A stretch of DNA of 64,000 bases from Octopus vulgaris (GCA_951406725.2 OX597826.1:49662001-49726000), one strand, 5' to 3'. Positions 25,415 to 39,303 are shown, counted from the first letter of the stretch. The notes: generated by a model not told the origin, from the sequence alone. Numbers and translations: made by a program.

Positions 25415-26695
25415 ATTAGAATATGCCAAAATAAGAGAAGAACAGGATGAAGCACCCGACAATCTGAAGCACATTGATTGACGCAAGCTCATAGTTGAAA
25501 CCGAAATGATAGATTCGGTTCTTGGGCTATTCCAGACGAGAAATATAACTGACACTAACATTATTTGGGCTGAAGCGATGGTTGCTGCAGATAAAGTTGG
25601 ATACAAACGAAGAGAACAAACAGAACGTAAAGAACTATTCTGGCGTAGACGAATTTGTGAGAAACCAAATTAGAAAGACATTTAGGATAAGATGATAGAT
25701 TGAGTAGAGGGGAATTGCAGAATGGAAGCATAAGAACAATGCTGGAAAGAACATATATAATAAGAGATAAAGGTTAGGATGTGATAGTGGAAGAATCGAA
25801 ACAAAGAGTAGTAACAATCGAAGCAAAACTGGAAAGACAGGACAATAGAACGAAACAATTCGAGCAAAAGAGATTGTTTGAAGCAAATCAGAAGAAACTG
25901 TTTCGGGATCTAGATGGAAAACTACACGTAACGATGTTACCAGATGCAGAGAAAAGCAGGGCATTCTGGAGATGGATCTGGGACCAACCTGTAGAGCATA
26001 ATGATGAAGCGGATTGGCTGCATGAAATCCATGATAGGTTAAGAAATATAAAGAGCCAAGAAGACATAAAGATAACTACAGAAATGATAAAAAAAGCAGT
26101 TTAAAAAATTCTCAGATTGGAAGAGCTCAGGACAGGATGGGTCCAAAGTTATTGAATCAAGAAGCTGGGTGGGGGGATCCATGAAAAGATAGCGCAAGAG
26201 CTAGATGAGTGCTTCCAGAAAGGAGCAGTGCCCAGCTGGATGACAAAGAGAAAGACACTGTTGTGCTAAGGATCTTGAAAAGGGAAATGTTGCATCCAAC
26301 ATTAGATCAATAACGTGCCTTTCGCTAATGTGGAAACTAATATCAGGTGTGTTGGCCGGAGAACTGTATAGATACCTGGAAAACAAAGGGCTGCTACTTA
26401 CTGAACAGAAAGGGTGACGAAAGAGGAGCCGGGTTACGAAGAATAAGCTCTTAACTGATAATCTTAATTATCAGTAACTGCAAAAGAAGACACACAAACC
26501 TGAGCATTGCTTGGGTTGACTATCGTAAAGCATGCGATATAATACCACACTCCTGGATAATAAAAACAGTGGAAATGTATGGAGTAGCAGAAAATATGAG
26601 AAGCATTATATGGAATAGCATGAAATGCTGGAGAACGGAATTGACAGCAGGGAAGCAAGTCTTAGGAGAAGTAAAAATCAAGAGAGGAATCTTCT
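25415..26695 (+). mobile_element. R4/Dong-like LINE pre-RT and RT N-terminal half, pseudogenised
   Basis: QKRLFEANQKKLF, FWRWIW, VPSWMT, NIRSITCLSLMWKL, EQKG, LSIAWVDYRKACDIIPHSWI, IKRGIF. Many stops and frameshifts. Confidence 0.9.
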
Positions 26696-26788
26696 TAAAC
26701 ACACATAGTTATATACATATATGCATATATATGAGGACACCTTTCAAGATTTCCAACTTATTCTTTTATCTTAGTCTTCGGATAAATA

Positions 26789-27840
26789 GCGTCAGACGTC
26801 AGGTTGACTCAGCAAATAAAAAGGCGCGCTACAATCGTTACCTTTAAAAGTGCAGCATAGTGATACAGAGATAGCTTGCTTCCTGTAAGTTGCTCGATCA
26901 TTCGTTGTCAAAGTTCGAACGGAGATAGGAGCTGCTGACAGGGATGAAACGTCAGTAGCTAAACGTAAACGCATGCACAGGGTCTTAATATCATCAGAAC
27001 GCACAACTTTGTACAACAAATCCAAGAATTAATCGATGAAATCCACGGCAAGTCAATCAGAGCCATTGCAAAAAACCTTAAGGTTTCAGAATGCACTCTC
27101 AGAAGAGTTGTGCATGAGGACATCTGGTAAAAATCGTATGTGATGTGGAGGGGTCAGTTTATGTCATATGTGACAAGAGAGAATCGTTCGATCCGTGCAG
27201 AGCGGTTGGTTAACACGTTAAAACACCAAGGGGCTGGAATACTTTGGTGTTTCTCTCTTGAGAAAAATTACGATCAAGACCAATAGGTAAACTAAAGGAA
27301 CGACAGCTGGTTATGCAGAGACCCGAATGTAGCTCCAGCACTCATGCATATAAGTTCCCAGCAGTAGTGAAGGCTCTAGAAATCGTCAGCAACGAAAGAG
27401 ATGTCATGCTTCGTTAAGGTTCTTCACAGGGCTTATAAGTCAATGTTGCTGTCTACACAGAGGTGCTGGAGAAAGTTGTGAGGCCCTGAATAGAAAGGGT
27501 ATGCAACGGAAGACCGTATGTTTTAGAACAAGACTCTGCGCCGTCTATTAAGGTTAGGGCAACCCAAGCATGGATACATGCCAGTTTCCGTGATCATGTT
27601 CTCCAGACACATGACCTCCTAGCTCAGCAGAGCTCAATCCACTGGACAACTACGTATGAGGCGTTGACGTGAGAGAGGTCAATCAACACTCCCATAACAG
27701 AATACAATCTCTGAAGTCCGTCATAACTAGCACTATGTCCAAAATTCGCAAAGATCATTTAACTCGGACATGCCAACACTTCCGACCTCGTATTGAAGCA
27801 GCCATTGATGCGAACAGTGTATTCATTGAACATGTTTGAT
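26789..27840 (+). mobile_element. Dead Tc1/mariner DD37D (maT-type) transposase
   Basis: KSIRAIAKNLKVSECTLRRVVHED HTH, FSLEKNYDQDQ (FSDEK), QDSAPS, PPSSAELNPLDNYV. 37 residues between the last two Asp after repairing one frameshift. Confidence 0.9.
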
Positions 27841-27945
27841 AAAAAGATTCTCAAGACTATTTTTACGAATTTCTTTTCAAATAGAGCTTTTTTATGAGCT
27901 AAATTCATACAGAAAACCCAAAAAACTGACGCATCCTCTGTGTGT

Positions 27946-27984
<39 letters not shown>

Positions 27985-28014
27985 TATGTTTGTGTGCGTA
28001 TGTATGCACAAGAT

Positions 28015-28170
28015 AGGCTTTTTTCAGTTTCCACTCGCCATATCCACTCTTAAGGTTTGGTGTGCCTGGGGCCAGAGTAGAAGATACTCGCACAACGTGC
28101 CACGAAGTAGGACAGAACCTGGAACCATGTAGTTAGAAAGCAAACTTCTTACCATACAACAAACCGGGCC
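28015..28170 (-). mobile_element. Degenerate SINE family B 5' half
   Basis: ggcttttttcagtttcc..agtagaagatactcg..gaacctggaaccatgt. Confidence 0.7.
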
Positions 28171-28173
28171 CGC

Positions 28174-28220
<47 letters not shown>

Positions 28221-29030
28221 CATACATGCATACACATACATACATACATACATACAGAAACACACACACGCACATATATTTATATATACAAGCATACATA
28301 TTTACATACATGGAACAGACAAAAAGAGAGAGAGAGAGAAATGAGTGGGTGGGAATAGGTGCAGCAGAATAATTTGAGACTAAAGTAGGGTGTGACGTTA
28401 TATCAGACATGATGAAGAAGAGAGGAGGGCAAAGTGAGAGAGAGGGGGAGAGAGAGAGAGAGGGGGGAGAAAGAGAGAGGTGATATATGCTAGGAGACAG
28501 TGTAAGGGTGACAAATCTATAGGGACTTGTAAATGGAGTTAGGAAAAGAAAAGGATGCATGAAAATGGAAAAGAGAAGAGACTGTAAGTTAATAATGTAT
28601 TTAAAAGAGGAAGAATGGCGGAATATAGATATCAGGGTAGGAACTGGAGGTAATATGTACCGTGGAAGTAGGGAGGAGATATGACGGGTGCTTTAGGTAG
28701 ATATGAGTGGGATGAGAATATTTGATATACAGATTTGTATTCAGTGAAGATGTCGTCTGCTCGAGGATATAATTCAAAGAACAAGCGGGAAGTGGCAGAC
28801 GATAGACGAAAAACCCCTTCATCAAGATAAGATGAAGCGATAAAAGGGGTATTACTCGAGATAACAAATGATATATACATACATACACACAAAAACACAC
28901 ACACACACATACACACAGACGTATAAAAATACGCATACCTATGAGCCTGTTATGTGTGTGTGTGTGTGTTTATAGGCGTATATATATATACGTATGTATG
29001 TATATATATATGTATATATATGTATGTATG

Positions 29031-29061
<31 letters not shown>

Positions 29062-29089
29062 CTGTGTGTGTGTGTATGTATGTATGTAT

Positions 29090-29260
29090 CTATAGTTGAA
29101 ATTTACAGAAAAACAAAAGAGGAAGACAAGTGTATAAATAGCAAGCAGGTGTATTAGTTTGACGCTCGGGAAAGTGAAAAAGTCTTTTACGTTTCGAGCC
29201 TACGCTCTTCAACAGAGAGTAATATAAGGAAATAAATAGAGATAGAATAAAAAAAACTTA
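29090..29260 (-). mobile_element. Penelope-like terminal module with minimal hammerhead-like motif (29184-29219)
   Basis: Minus strand CUGUUGA-A-GAGC-GUAG-GCUC-GAAA-CG-UA. Same module at 46590-46790 and 50925-51060. Confidence 0.7.
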
Positions 29261-29276
29261 TATGTATATAAATATA

Positions 29277-29425
29277 TAGGCGCAGGTGTGGCTGTGTGGA
29301 AAAGGGCTTGCTTCCCAACCACATGGTTCCAGGTTCAGTCCCACTGCGTGGCACCTTGAGAAAATGTCTTTCGATCAAAGCCTTTCGAGTGGATTTGGTA
29401 GACGGAAACTGAAAGAAATCCCGTC

Positions 29426-29462
<37 letters not shown>

Positions 29463-29628
29463 GGAGTAAACACATAAATGTGAAACAAGGTGGAAAAAAG
29501 AGTACTCAAATACCAGAGGTAGAGTAATATGCTTTATTTAAAACAGTTTTTGCAAAAACTGTCCGATGAACGGCAACGGGAAACTCAGAGTAACAGGTTT
29601 TGTTGAAATATCTGCTGCTTTAAATAAA

Positions 29629-29685
<57 letters not shown>

Positions 29686-29910
29686 CACACACATTTGTGT
29701 GTCTGTGATTGTCTCTCGGCTATCGCTTGAATACTGATGTCGGTGTGTTTACATCCCCGTAACTTAGCAGTTCGGCAAAAAGACCGATAGAAAAAGTACT
29801 AAGTTTACAAATATTATGTCCTAGGGTCAGTTGTTTCGACTAAAGGTTGTGCTCCAGCTTGGTCGCAGTCAAATGACTGAAACAAGAAAAAGAACAAAAA
29901 AATAAAAGAA
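29277..29910 (+). mobile_element. SINE family B copy with nested Penelope-like/hammerhead module (29461-29630)
   Basis: 5' half 29277-29428, (TA)n, insert, (TA)n, 3' half 29695-29910. Confidence 0.85.
29559..29596 (+). ncRNA. Degenerate minimal type I hammerhead ribozyme motif
   Basis: CUGU-CCGAUGA-ACG-GCAA-CGG-GAAA-CUC-A-GAG-UA-ACAG: stems I and III pair, GUA triplet present. U4C core change and an A-G mismatch at the base of stem II. Confidence 0.6.
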
Positions 29911-30179
29911 TATGTGTGCGTATGTGTGTGTGTATGTATTAGTCTATATATAAATATACATATATGTGTATGTGTATGAGTCTGTATGCACGCGTACAAA
30001 TAAATATACATACACGCACGTATGTAAATCGATGTTTTGAGGCTCTAATGCCGTGTATGTGTACCAGTGTGTTATGTTTTTACCATTTCTACGTGGGTGT
30101 TCTTCCCTGGAATGCTCCTTGCCTTTTGTCGGTTTTTGCTTGTCTTCCTTCTTGCTCTTTCCACATTTCACTCTAAACC

Positions 30180-30395
30180 TATTTCTTTACTACCCACAAG
30201 GGGACTAAACACAGAAGGGACAAGCAAGGACAGACAAACGGGTTATATGGATCCCAGTGCGTAACTGGTACTTATTTAATCGACCCCGAAAGGATGAAAG
30301 GCAAAGTCGACCTCGGTGAAATTTGAACTCAGAACGTAGCGACAGACGAAATACTGCTGATTATTTCGCCCGGCGTGCTAAAGCTCGCCGCCTTA
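30180..30395 (-). mobile_element. SINE family A copy
   Basis: Consensus motifs in reverse orientation. Confidence 0.88.
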
Positions 30396-30608
30396 AAGAA
30401 AGACAATGTCCGAAACGATATCAGAACGAATATTTTCCATTTTTCTCAGAGTAAATCTAATGATTTTGATCGTGAACGGAATCCGTCAGATTTCTTTCTT
30501 TTTTTTTAATCGTTTCTATACATTTCGCCATACATGTATGCACATGCGCGCGCACACACACACACACACATGCACACGCATACATATATATGGCGAAGAA
30601 CAAATATA

Positions 30609-30672
<64 letters not shown>

Positions 30673-30741
30673 AGCGTGTGTGTGTGTAGATAGATAAACA
30701 GACAGACAGATAGACAAGCAGATAGATAGACAGAAAGACAA

Positions 30742-30846
<105 letters not shown>

Positions 30847-30963
30847 AAAATAGATAGACAGAGATAGATAGATCTTTATGTATATATACATATACATATT
30901 ATATTAGTATATATATTATATATGTATATAGTTATATCTGTATCTATCTATTTATATTTGTCT

Positions 30964-31006
<43 letters not shown>

Positions 31007-31649
31007 CACATGCATATATGTGTGTGTGTGTGTGTGTGTGTATGCGTGTGTATGTATGTATATGTATGTACGAATGTATGTATGTGTATATAATGAGCTG
31101 GGTCTTTTTTATTTGTGGAGGTGAGCGCTCACTTGTACGTTTGTGTGAATTCACTAGTTGGACGGGTGCAACGGGGAGATGATTGTAAAGAATGAGCGAG
31201 GTAAGGACGGGTAGAAGAAGCTTTGGCAGCCTGGGTAGCTATCAATTATCGGTGTGTTCACCCGATTCACATCTACTTGACGATATGGCAGGGTATGAAG
31301 TTACTAGTTACTAAGAACAAAGTTGTTTATCAACATCACACCATCGGCGGCAGCAGCAGCAGCAGCTGCAACGTAGGCACCACTAACGCCACCAGTCGAC
31401 GACGACCACCACCACTACCACCACCACCACCACCATCACCACCATCACCACCACTACTACCGCCACCTCCAGTAGCAGCAACAGCGGTAGAAGTATGAGT
31501 ATTTTCCCATCTGCAACTCATCATCATCATTATTATCGTCAACGTCAACCTAGTGAACTGCAGCAGTAGCCGTGGCAGCAGCTACACATTATAGTCATCA
31601 CAATAGTTATGGGAACAACAATAACAACAACAACAACAACGATAATAAT

Positions 31650-32150
31650 GATTTCAAATTTTGGCACAGGGCCTGTAATTTAGGGGAAAGGGTAAGTCGA
31701 TTGCATCGACCCCAGCGTACTATCGTTTTTTTATTCCTTTATTGCCCACAAGGGACTAAACATAGAGGGGACAAACAAGGACAGACAAAGGGATTAAGTC
31801 GATTGCATCGACCCCAGTGCTCGACTGATAATTATTTTACCGACCCCGAAAGGCAAAGTCGACCTCGGTGGAATTTGAACTCAGAACATAAAGACAGATG
31901 AAATACTGCTAAGCATTTCGCCCGGCCTACTATCGCTTCTTATTTCTTTATTGCCCACAAGGGGCTAAACGTAGAGGGGACAAACAAGGATAGACAAAGG
32001 GAGTAAGTCAATTGCATCGACCCCAGTGCTCGACTGATAATTATTTTACAGACCCCGAAAGGCAAAGTCGATCTCAGAACATAGAGACAGACGAAATGCT
32101 GCTAAGCATTTCGCCCAGTGTGCTAACGATTCTGCCAGCTCACCACCCTA
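31650..32150 (-). mobile_element. Tandem/nested SINE family A copies
   Basis: Two ~210-bp units sharing the variant CCCCAGTGCTCGACTGATAATTATTTTAC, plus a tail fragment. Confidence 0.85.
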
Positions 32151-32549
32151 TACAACAACAACAACAAGAATAATAATAGTTGTAATCATCATCGTCATCG
32201 TCGTCGTCGCCGTCATTGTCGTTGTCATCACCGTATGTTGATCGTCCTTGCTGTCGTCGTCGTCATCATCATCATTATCATCATCGTCATCACCTTTCCA
32301 ATCATGGTAGCTTAATGATAAAGACGGCGACGTTAATGATGCTGATGATGAGGCGGAGGAGGACAGCAAGGCGGAGGGAGAGGATTGAAAATAATAGCAA
32401 TAATACTAATAACAACAACGATAACAATAATAATAATGATCATGAGGATGATGATGATGATGATGACAATAATAATAGCAACAACAACAATAATAATAAT
32501 GACGTCTTCAATAACAATAATAATAACAATAATAATAACAATAATAATG

Positions 32550-32643
<94 letters not shown>

Positions 32644-32929
32644 ACAAGAAGAAGGAGGGAGAGGAGAAGGAGAAGAACAAGAACAAGAAGAAGAATGAAT
32701 AATAATAATAATCCTTATCATCGTGATGACCACCATCGTCCCCGTTGCCATCCCCAGAATCTGCAGCATCTTCATCACTACCAGCAGCAGTAGTGATATC
32801 ATCACAGCCATTACTTAAACCTCGCCACAATATGAATAACAGTAATGACAAAAGCAGCCACAGGGTATTTATTATATTCCCCGAAAATATCATTAAATAC
32901 ACTGCTGATAACGTGCTTATATATATATG

Positions 32930-33003
<74 letters not shown>

Positions 33004-33061
33004 ACATCGCATGCTAAATGTTAATATGACACACATGCACATATACGTATATTTATGTGTG

Positions 33062-33108
<47 letters not shown>

Positions 33109-33724
33109 GTATATATATATGTATACACACAAATATATATGTACCTATATATATATGTATACATATATATATGTATATATATATGTATATATGTATATAT
33201 ATACATATATATATATATATACGTACATCTCTATATGTTATATATTCATATATACATACACACATATAGCTATCTCGCAATCCCTCTCTCCCTATATATA
33301 TATATATAGATATATATATATATTTATATATATAGACACACATTCAGGTGTGTGTGTCTGTCTGTGTCTGTGTGTATGCTTATATATAGTCAGTGTGCGT
33401 TTTTACGAATGAAATGATGAAATCAGTCTTGCAGCATCATTTTCGCAACTTTTTATCAAACCCATTCCTGTTTGTGTAATTCCATATTCATTGTGCCGTT
33501 CGCCATATTTTATACAGTCACCAAATGAATTATTGTTGTCGCCGCCGCCGCCTTGGTCGTCGTTGTTGTTCTTGTTGTTATTGCTGCTGCTGACTAAGTC
33601 CTCCCTTTCGTTGATACGCGGTTTATTTTTCAAGGTTTGCCGTTCTCAGAGATTTTTACGCTCACTTTTTTACCCCCTTCATGTCGTCTGCAACTTTTGC
33701 CAATCTTGATGTCGTTATCATTAT

Positions 33725-33945
33725 TCTCTTTTACTCTTTTACCCTGTAACTTGTTTCAGTCATTTGACTGTGGCCATGCTGGATCACCGCCTTGAGTCGA
33801 GCAAATCGATCCCAGGACTTATTCTTTGTAAGCCTAGTACTTATTCTATTGTTTCTTTTGCATCGGTTGTCAAGCGATGTTGGGGGACAAACACAGACAC
33901 ACAAACATATACGCACACGTACACACACACACACACACACACACA

Positions 33946-34041
<96 letters not shown>

Positions 34042-34220
34042 CATACATATATATACGACGGGCTTCTTTCAGTTTCCGTCTACCAAATCCACTCACAAGG
34101 TTTTGGTTGGCTCGAGGCTATAGTAGAAGATACTTGCCCAAGGTGCCACACAGTGGGACTGAACCCAGAACCATGTGATTGGTAAGCAAGCTACTTACCA
34201 CACAGCCACTCCTACGCCTA
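33725..34220 (-). mobile_element. SINE family B copy with expanded internal (CA)n
   Basis: Consensus halves separated by about 130 bp of (CA)n. Confidence 0.92.
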
Positions 34221-34589
34221 TAACTTACCACACAGCCACGCCTAAGCCTATAATTATTGTATAAGTTATGATGATTTTTGCTTATCATACATTATGCCTC
34301 AAAGATTTGCTATGCTATAGACATATACCAAGACACATGCACACACACACACACACACACACATTAGCGACAGAAGTAAAACTTATTCCCACTTAAATGT
34401 GGATGTTCTATAAGAACAAACTTTACTGCGGTAGTTGCCATGAGAGAAACTCTCACTTTGGCTTTTTGATGCAAAATAGACGCTACCTGCAGCGTGGAGA
34501 CCACTAGATCACGAGACTTCGACCTTATTTGGTCTTATCAAAGATGGACACTTGACCTCTAGAGACGGCAACATGTATGTGTGTGTGTG

Positions 34590-34882
34590 TGTGTTAGGCA
34601 GCGGACTCGTGGTCGTAGGATCGCAGTTTCGATTCCCAGACCGGGCGTTGTGAGTGTTTATTGAGCGAAAACACCTAACGATCCACGAAGCACCGGCAGG
34701 GGGTGGTGGCGATCCCTGCTGTACTCTTTCGTCACAACTTTCTTTCACTCTTTCTTCTGTTGGCCTGCTCGTTTAGCCAGTGGGGTGGCGTCATTTGAAG
34801 GCTAAAATAATGCGAAGCGCATTGTGACCAGCGATGTGTAGCAACATCTGATAGCCTGGTCAGTCACGGTGATCACGGTGAT
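34590..34882 (+). mobile_element. tRNA-derived SINE, family C
   Basis: tRNA-like gcggactcgtggtcgtaggatcgcagtttcgattccc head and a 3' end with repeated TCACGGTGA before (TA)n. Confidence 0.7.
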
Positions 34883-34887
34883 ATATA

Positions 34888-34923
<36 letters not shown>

Positions 34924-35009
34924 TGTATGTATGTATGTATGTATGTTTGTATGTATGTATGTATGTATGTATGTATGTATGTACGTATGCATGTATGTAT
35001 GTATATGTG

Positions 35010-35530
35010 CAGATGTGTATGTTTGTTTTATGTAGGTTTTCTCATGCATATAGTTACATATCTAGACATGTTCATATATATTTAAATTATAAACTTCTGA
35101 AAAGTTTTACAGATTTTTATAGTTCCAGTGATGGACTGGATCTGTAGTCTTCGAATTAGCTTTCTCCTTTCTGGTTCTGAGAAGCCTAATTTCTCAAGAT
35201 TGGTATTTAGGCAGTGTGTTACATATCTGAGGGCTCCAATAATTACAGGTATAAATCTGAACTTGTAATCTGGATAGAGTAACTGCAGATTTCTCAGTAG
35301 TTCAGCATAGGTACTCTCTTTTTAACTAATCTTCAGCTTTATGTTTACATCCGCTGGACAGCTAATTTCCACAACTCCACATAGTTTCTCTTCTCTATCC
35401 CAAACCATTTTATCAGGTCTGTTGTGCTTACATTTTAATTGAGATTTTCACTGGGACATTCTACCAGTACTCGTTTTTAATATGAGTGGCTATGGCTTCT
35501 ACCATACAATGGGTTCTTATTTCTTTGTCC
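35010..35530 (-). mobile_element. REL-endonuclease LINE 3' end inserted in (TACA)n
   Basis: KHNRPDKMVWDREEKLCGVVEISCPADVNI..YAELLRNLQLLYPDYKFRFIPVIIGAL..KICKTFQKFII* (stop 35082-35084). (TATG)n on both sides. Confidence 0.88.
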
Positions 35531-35945
35531 TCGGGGTTATCCTTCCGTCGTATGTATGTATGTATGTATGTATGTATGTATGTATGTATGTATGTATGTA
35601 TGTATGTATGTATGTATGTATGTGTGTGTGTATGTATGTATTTATGTATGTATGTATGTATGTATGTATGTATGAATGTATGTATATATGTATGAATGTA
35701 TGTATGTATGTATGAATGTATGAATGTATGTATGTATGCATGTATGTATGTATGTATGTATGTATGTATGTATGTATGTATGTATGTATGTATGTGTGTG
35801 TGTATGTATGTATGTGAGAAATAAATAGCGGCCAAAAATTTATTATGTTTTCTCAGATTAGCGAGATTTTTGCCAATGCTGAAAATCAGCAAAACCTCTT
35901 CCAATTTGGGAATCAAGATTCGTACCTGAAATATTGAAACAAGGT

Positions 35946-36022
<77 letters not shown>

Positions 36023-36039
36023 GAGAGATTTATTATTGT

Positions 36040-36073
<34 letters not shown>

Positions 36074-36074
36074 A

Positions 36075-36388
36075 GGCGCATGGCTCAGTAGGTAGAGCGT
36101 CGAGCTTACGATCGTGAGGTTGTGAGTTCGAATCCTTGACCGGGCTGCGTGTTGTGTTCTTGAGTAAGACACTTTATTTCACATTGCTCCAGCTCACTCA
36201 AGCTGTAGAAATGAGTGCCAAGCTGTATCGTCCTTTGCCTTTTCCTTGGATAACATCGGTGGCGTGGAGAGGGGAGGCTGGTATCCATGGGTGACTGCTC
36301 GTCTTCCATAAACAACCTTGCTCGGACTTGTGCCTGGGAGGGTAATTTTCTATGTGCAATCCCATGAGGCATGACCGGAGGGGGTCTC
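36075..36388 (+). mobile_element. tRNA-derived SINE, family D
   Basis: A box TGGCTCAGTAGG, B box GTTCGAATCC and central GTGTTCTTGAGTAAGACACTT. Sits between (TA)n tracts. Confidence 0.8.
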
Positions 36389-36789
36389 AGCATATATATA
36401 TATATATATATATATATACATGTTTATGATAAAAATATATATTATGTAAACGCACATGCTTCTATAAGTATGTCTGTGTGCGTGTGTGTGCATTTGTGTG
36501 TGTGTTTGTGTATGTGTGTGTATGAATGTGTGTTTATATAGAAACATATTTATGGTCAGAAAAAGAGGAGAGAGCAAATATTTTTTCTTCCTAAAAAGTA
36601 AATGAAATCGGTAGAAGTGGAGATATCTACGGAAGAAAATCCTTTTTGCATATATATATTGGTTTCAGCGAGAGGTTCCATCTATACTGGGGCATAGTCA
36701 TTAGTGTCAATGCTTGCTTATGTCAAACTCATTTCCAGGTGACTAGGTCTGGTAAAGTAGAAAGTTGGACAAAATTGCCCTTCTTAGAG

Positions 36790-37180
36790 TTGCCTGTCAC
36801 GATGTGGGTACATCTGGTAACACAGATAAAAATTTGCCTAAATATTCCTTGAACACATTTACATCTACGCCTAGAAGCTCTTTAAAGTTTTGGGGGAAGG
36901 TACTGAAAAACTATTGACCCTTGAACCCAGAATTGTATTGGGTCCTTACCCTTGTTAGAGAGATACAGAGAGGATCTTTGGTGATATGCAGTAACATCTA
37001 GTTCGGGACTTGGTCTAGCTTTCAATCCCGAAGTTGTGTGCTAGACCTTTCAGGAACCTACATATTTATTTAACACTGCATAACGTCTGTGTCTTCTCTC
37101 TTGGAAGTAAGAGCCACATTTCTTTTAGAATCTCTCAGTAGCACATCTGTTGCAGTGACCTCGGATTATAGGAAGCTCAT
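36790..37180 (-). mobile_element. Degenerate CR1-like LINE 3' end
   Basis: Minus peptides RHRRYAV..FLKGLAHNFGIES..RTRCYCISPKI resemble the CR1 ORF2 C-terminus. Confidence 0.65.
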
Positions 37181-37187
37181 CGCATGT

Positions 37188-37242
<55 letters not shown>

Positions 37243-37670
37243 TGTGTGTGTGTGTCTGTGTGTGTGTGTGTGTGTGCATGTGTGCGTGTGTTAGTTTCAA
37301 GCTTTGTGGCGAACATAATTGGCAACAGTCGTCTAGACGACTGGGAACGAATTTTCACCATATGTGCATATACACGAAAATATATGTGTACTGGAATCGA
37401 AATCGGAAATTTGCTGTTGCGAGACAAACTTCTTAACCACATGACTATACCTGCCCATGAGATTCAGTTAAACACACACACGAACACACACAAACAAACA
37501 CAAACACTGATATATATTGCGTATTATAAATATTATACCCAAATATATATCATATAATAGATATAGATATATAGGTATATATACATATACTACTGTATAT
37601 GTATATATATCATTACACATGTGAGTGTATGTGTTTGTCCCCGAGATTATGTATTTTTTGTGCATATGCA

Positions 37671-37723
<53 letters not shown>

Positions 37724-38242
37724 CACACACACATATATATAAAATACATACGTAATATATACATACATACACATTTATATATATATATATACATGTGTAT
37801 ATATACATATATATATGTGTGTGTGTGTGTATATATATCTTTTAATTATGCATGTGTGTGTGTATCTATATAATATATATGTACATACACACACGCACAC
37901 ATGCATATACATACATATAGCATATACATATACGTACATATATGCATACTTACATACATACACAGGCGCAAATAATGACAGGGAAGGAGAGAATGTATAT
38001 ATGATTAAAAACGCGACTTTGATGTATTTTTCTTTATTTTACTTGAAATCATTATAATAGGGATTTTTTTTGTGTTTGAGAGAGTAGAGTGTTGCTTTTG
38101 TGGGTTTAAGCCTTTTCGTTTTTGTGAAGGGGCAGGGAGTTTGTTATTTAACCTCCTATATAAATGTTCGCACGTCCATAGATGCATATACATGTACATA
38201 TACATACATACATACACACACACACACATATATATATATATG

Positions 38243-38283
<41 letters not shown>

Positions 38284-38336
38284 CAAGGCAACTAGAAAAT
38301 GATACATTAGAAGTCGCTTGCGTATGTATGTATATA

Positions 38337-38443
<107 letters not shown>

Positions 38444-39120
38444 ATATATTTTGTATGTGCATATGTGTTGTGTTTTTGTATCTGGAGTGCTGTGTGTTTG
38501 TGTGCGCGCGTACGTGTGTTTGTGTGTGTGTGTGTCTCTTTGGGCTTTATTCTGCCATATTGTTTCAAATGTTGCTTTTCTATTGGCCATTGTGAAGTGG
38601 GTGCTGATTCCTCACAATGCCATTAAATGGGGATAGGAAAATATTTAATGCATTTATCATGTGTGTTTGTGATTAATTGTATGTTCACTTCTCGCTTGTA
38701 TTGGGGGGATATATAGCAGAGTATTGTTGTATGTGAAAGATATTTTAATGCTGGTGCAACGGTTTCAATGTTTTTAGTGGGGGTTTTTTGTTTCGTTTGT
38801 TGTTGTTGGAAGCATTATTATTATTACTTTTATTATTGTTTCTATATTGTTCTATCATTTTTTTTCTAGTTTTTGTTGTGTTTTTTTTTTAAAGTAAAAA
38901 ACAGAACAGAACAAGGCATTGCAATGTCTCCTTTCTACGCCACACAAAGGTAGAGAACAGGTAAAATAATGTTGTTGTTCACCCTAATACACCTCTTTTT
39001 TCTGTTGTTTTTTTTCTTTCTGTTTCTTTTTCTTTATTTGCAATGCTCACATTTATATGACAGCCGTGTACGTACATATATATGTGTGGGTATATATGTT
39101 TATATATACACACACATATA

Positions 39121-39195
<75 letters not shown>

Positions 39196-39303
39196 CCATA
39201 TGTATATATATATATGCTTACACATTTATGCATATATGATCTTTATATATGTATCTATATATATATATATGTGTGTGTATTTATATATGTATGTATGTAT
39301 ATA

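Noticed and set aside
36075-36145. tRNA gene
   Set aside because: A/B boxes are present, but there is no proper acceptor stem and it continues into a SINE body.
38583-38622. Hairpin TGGCCATTGTGA..TCACAATGCCA as a pre-miRNA
   Set aside because: The stem of about 11 bp is too short for a miRNA precursor.
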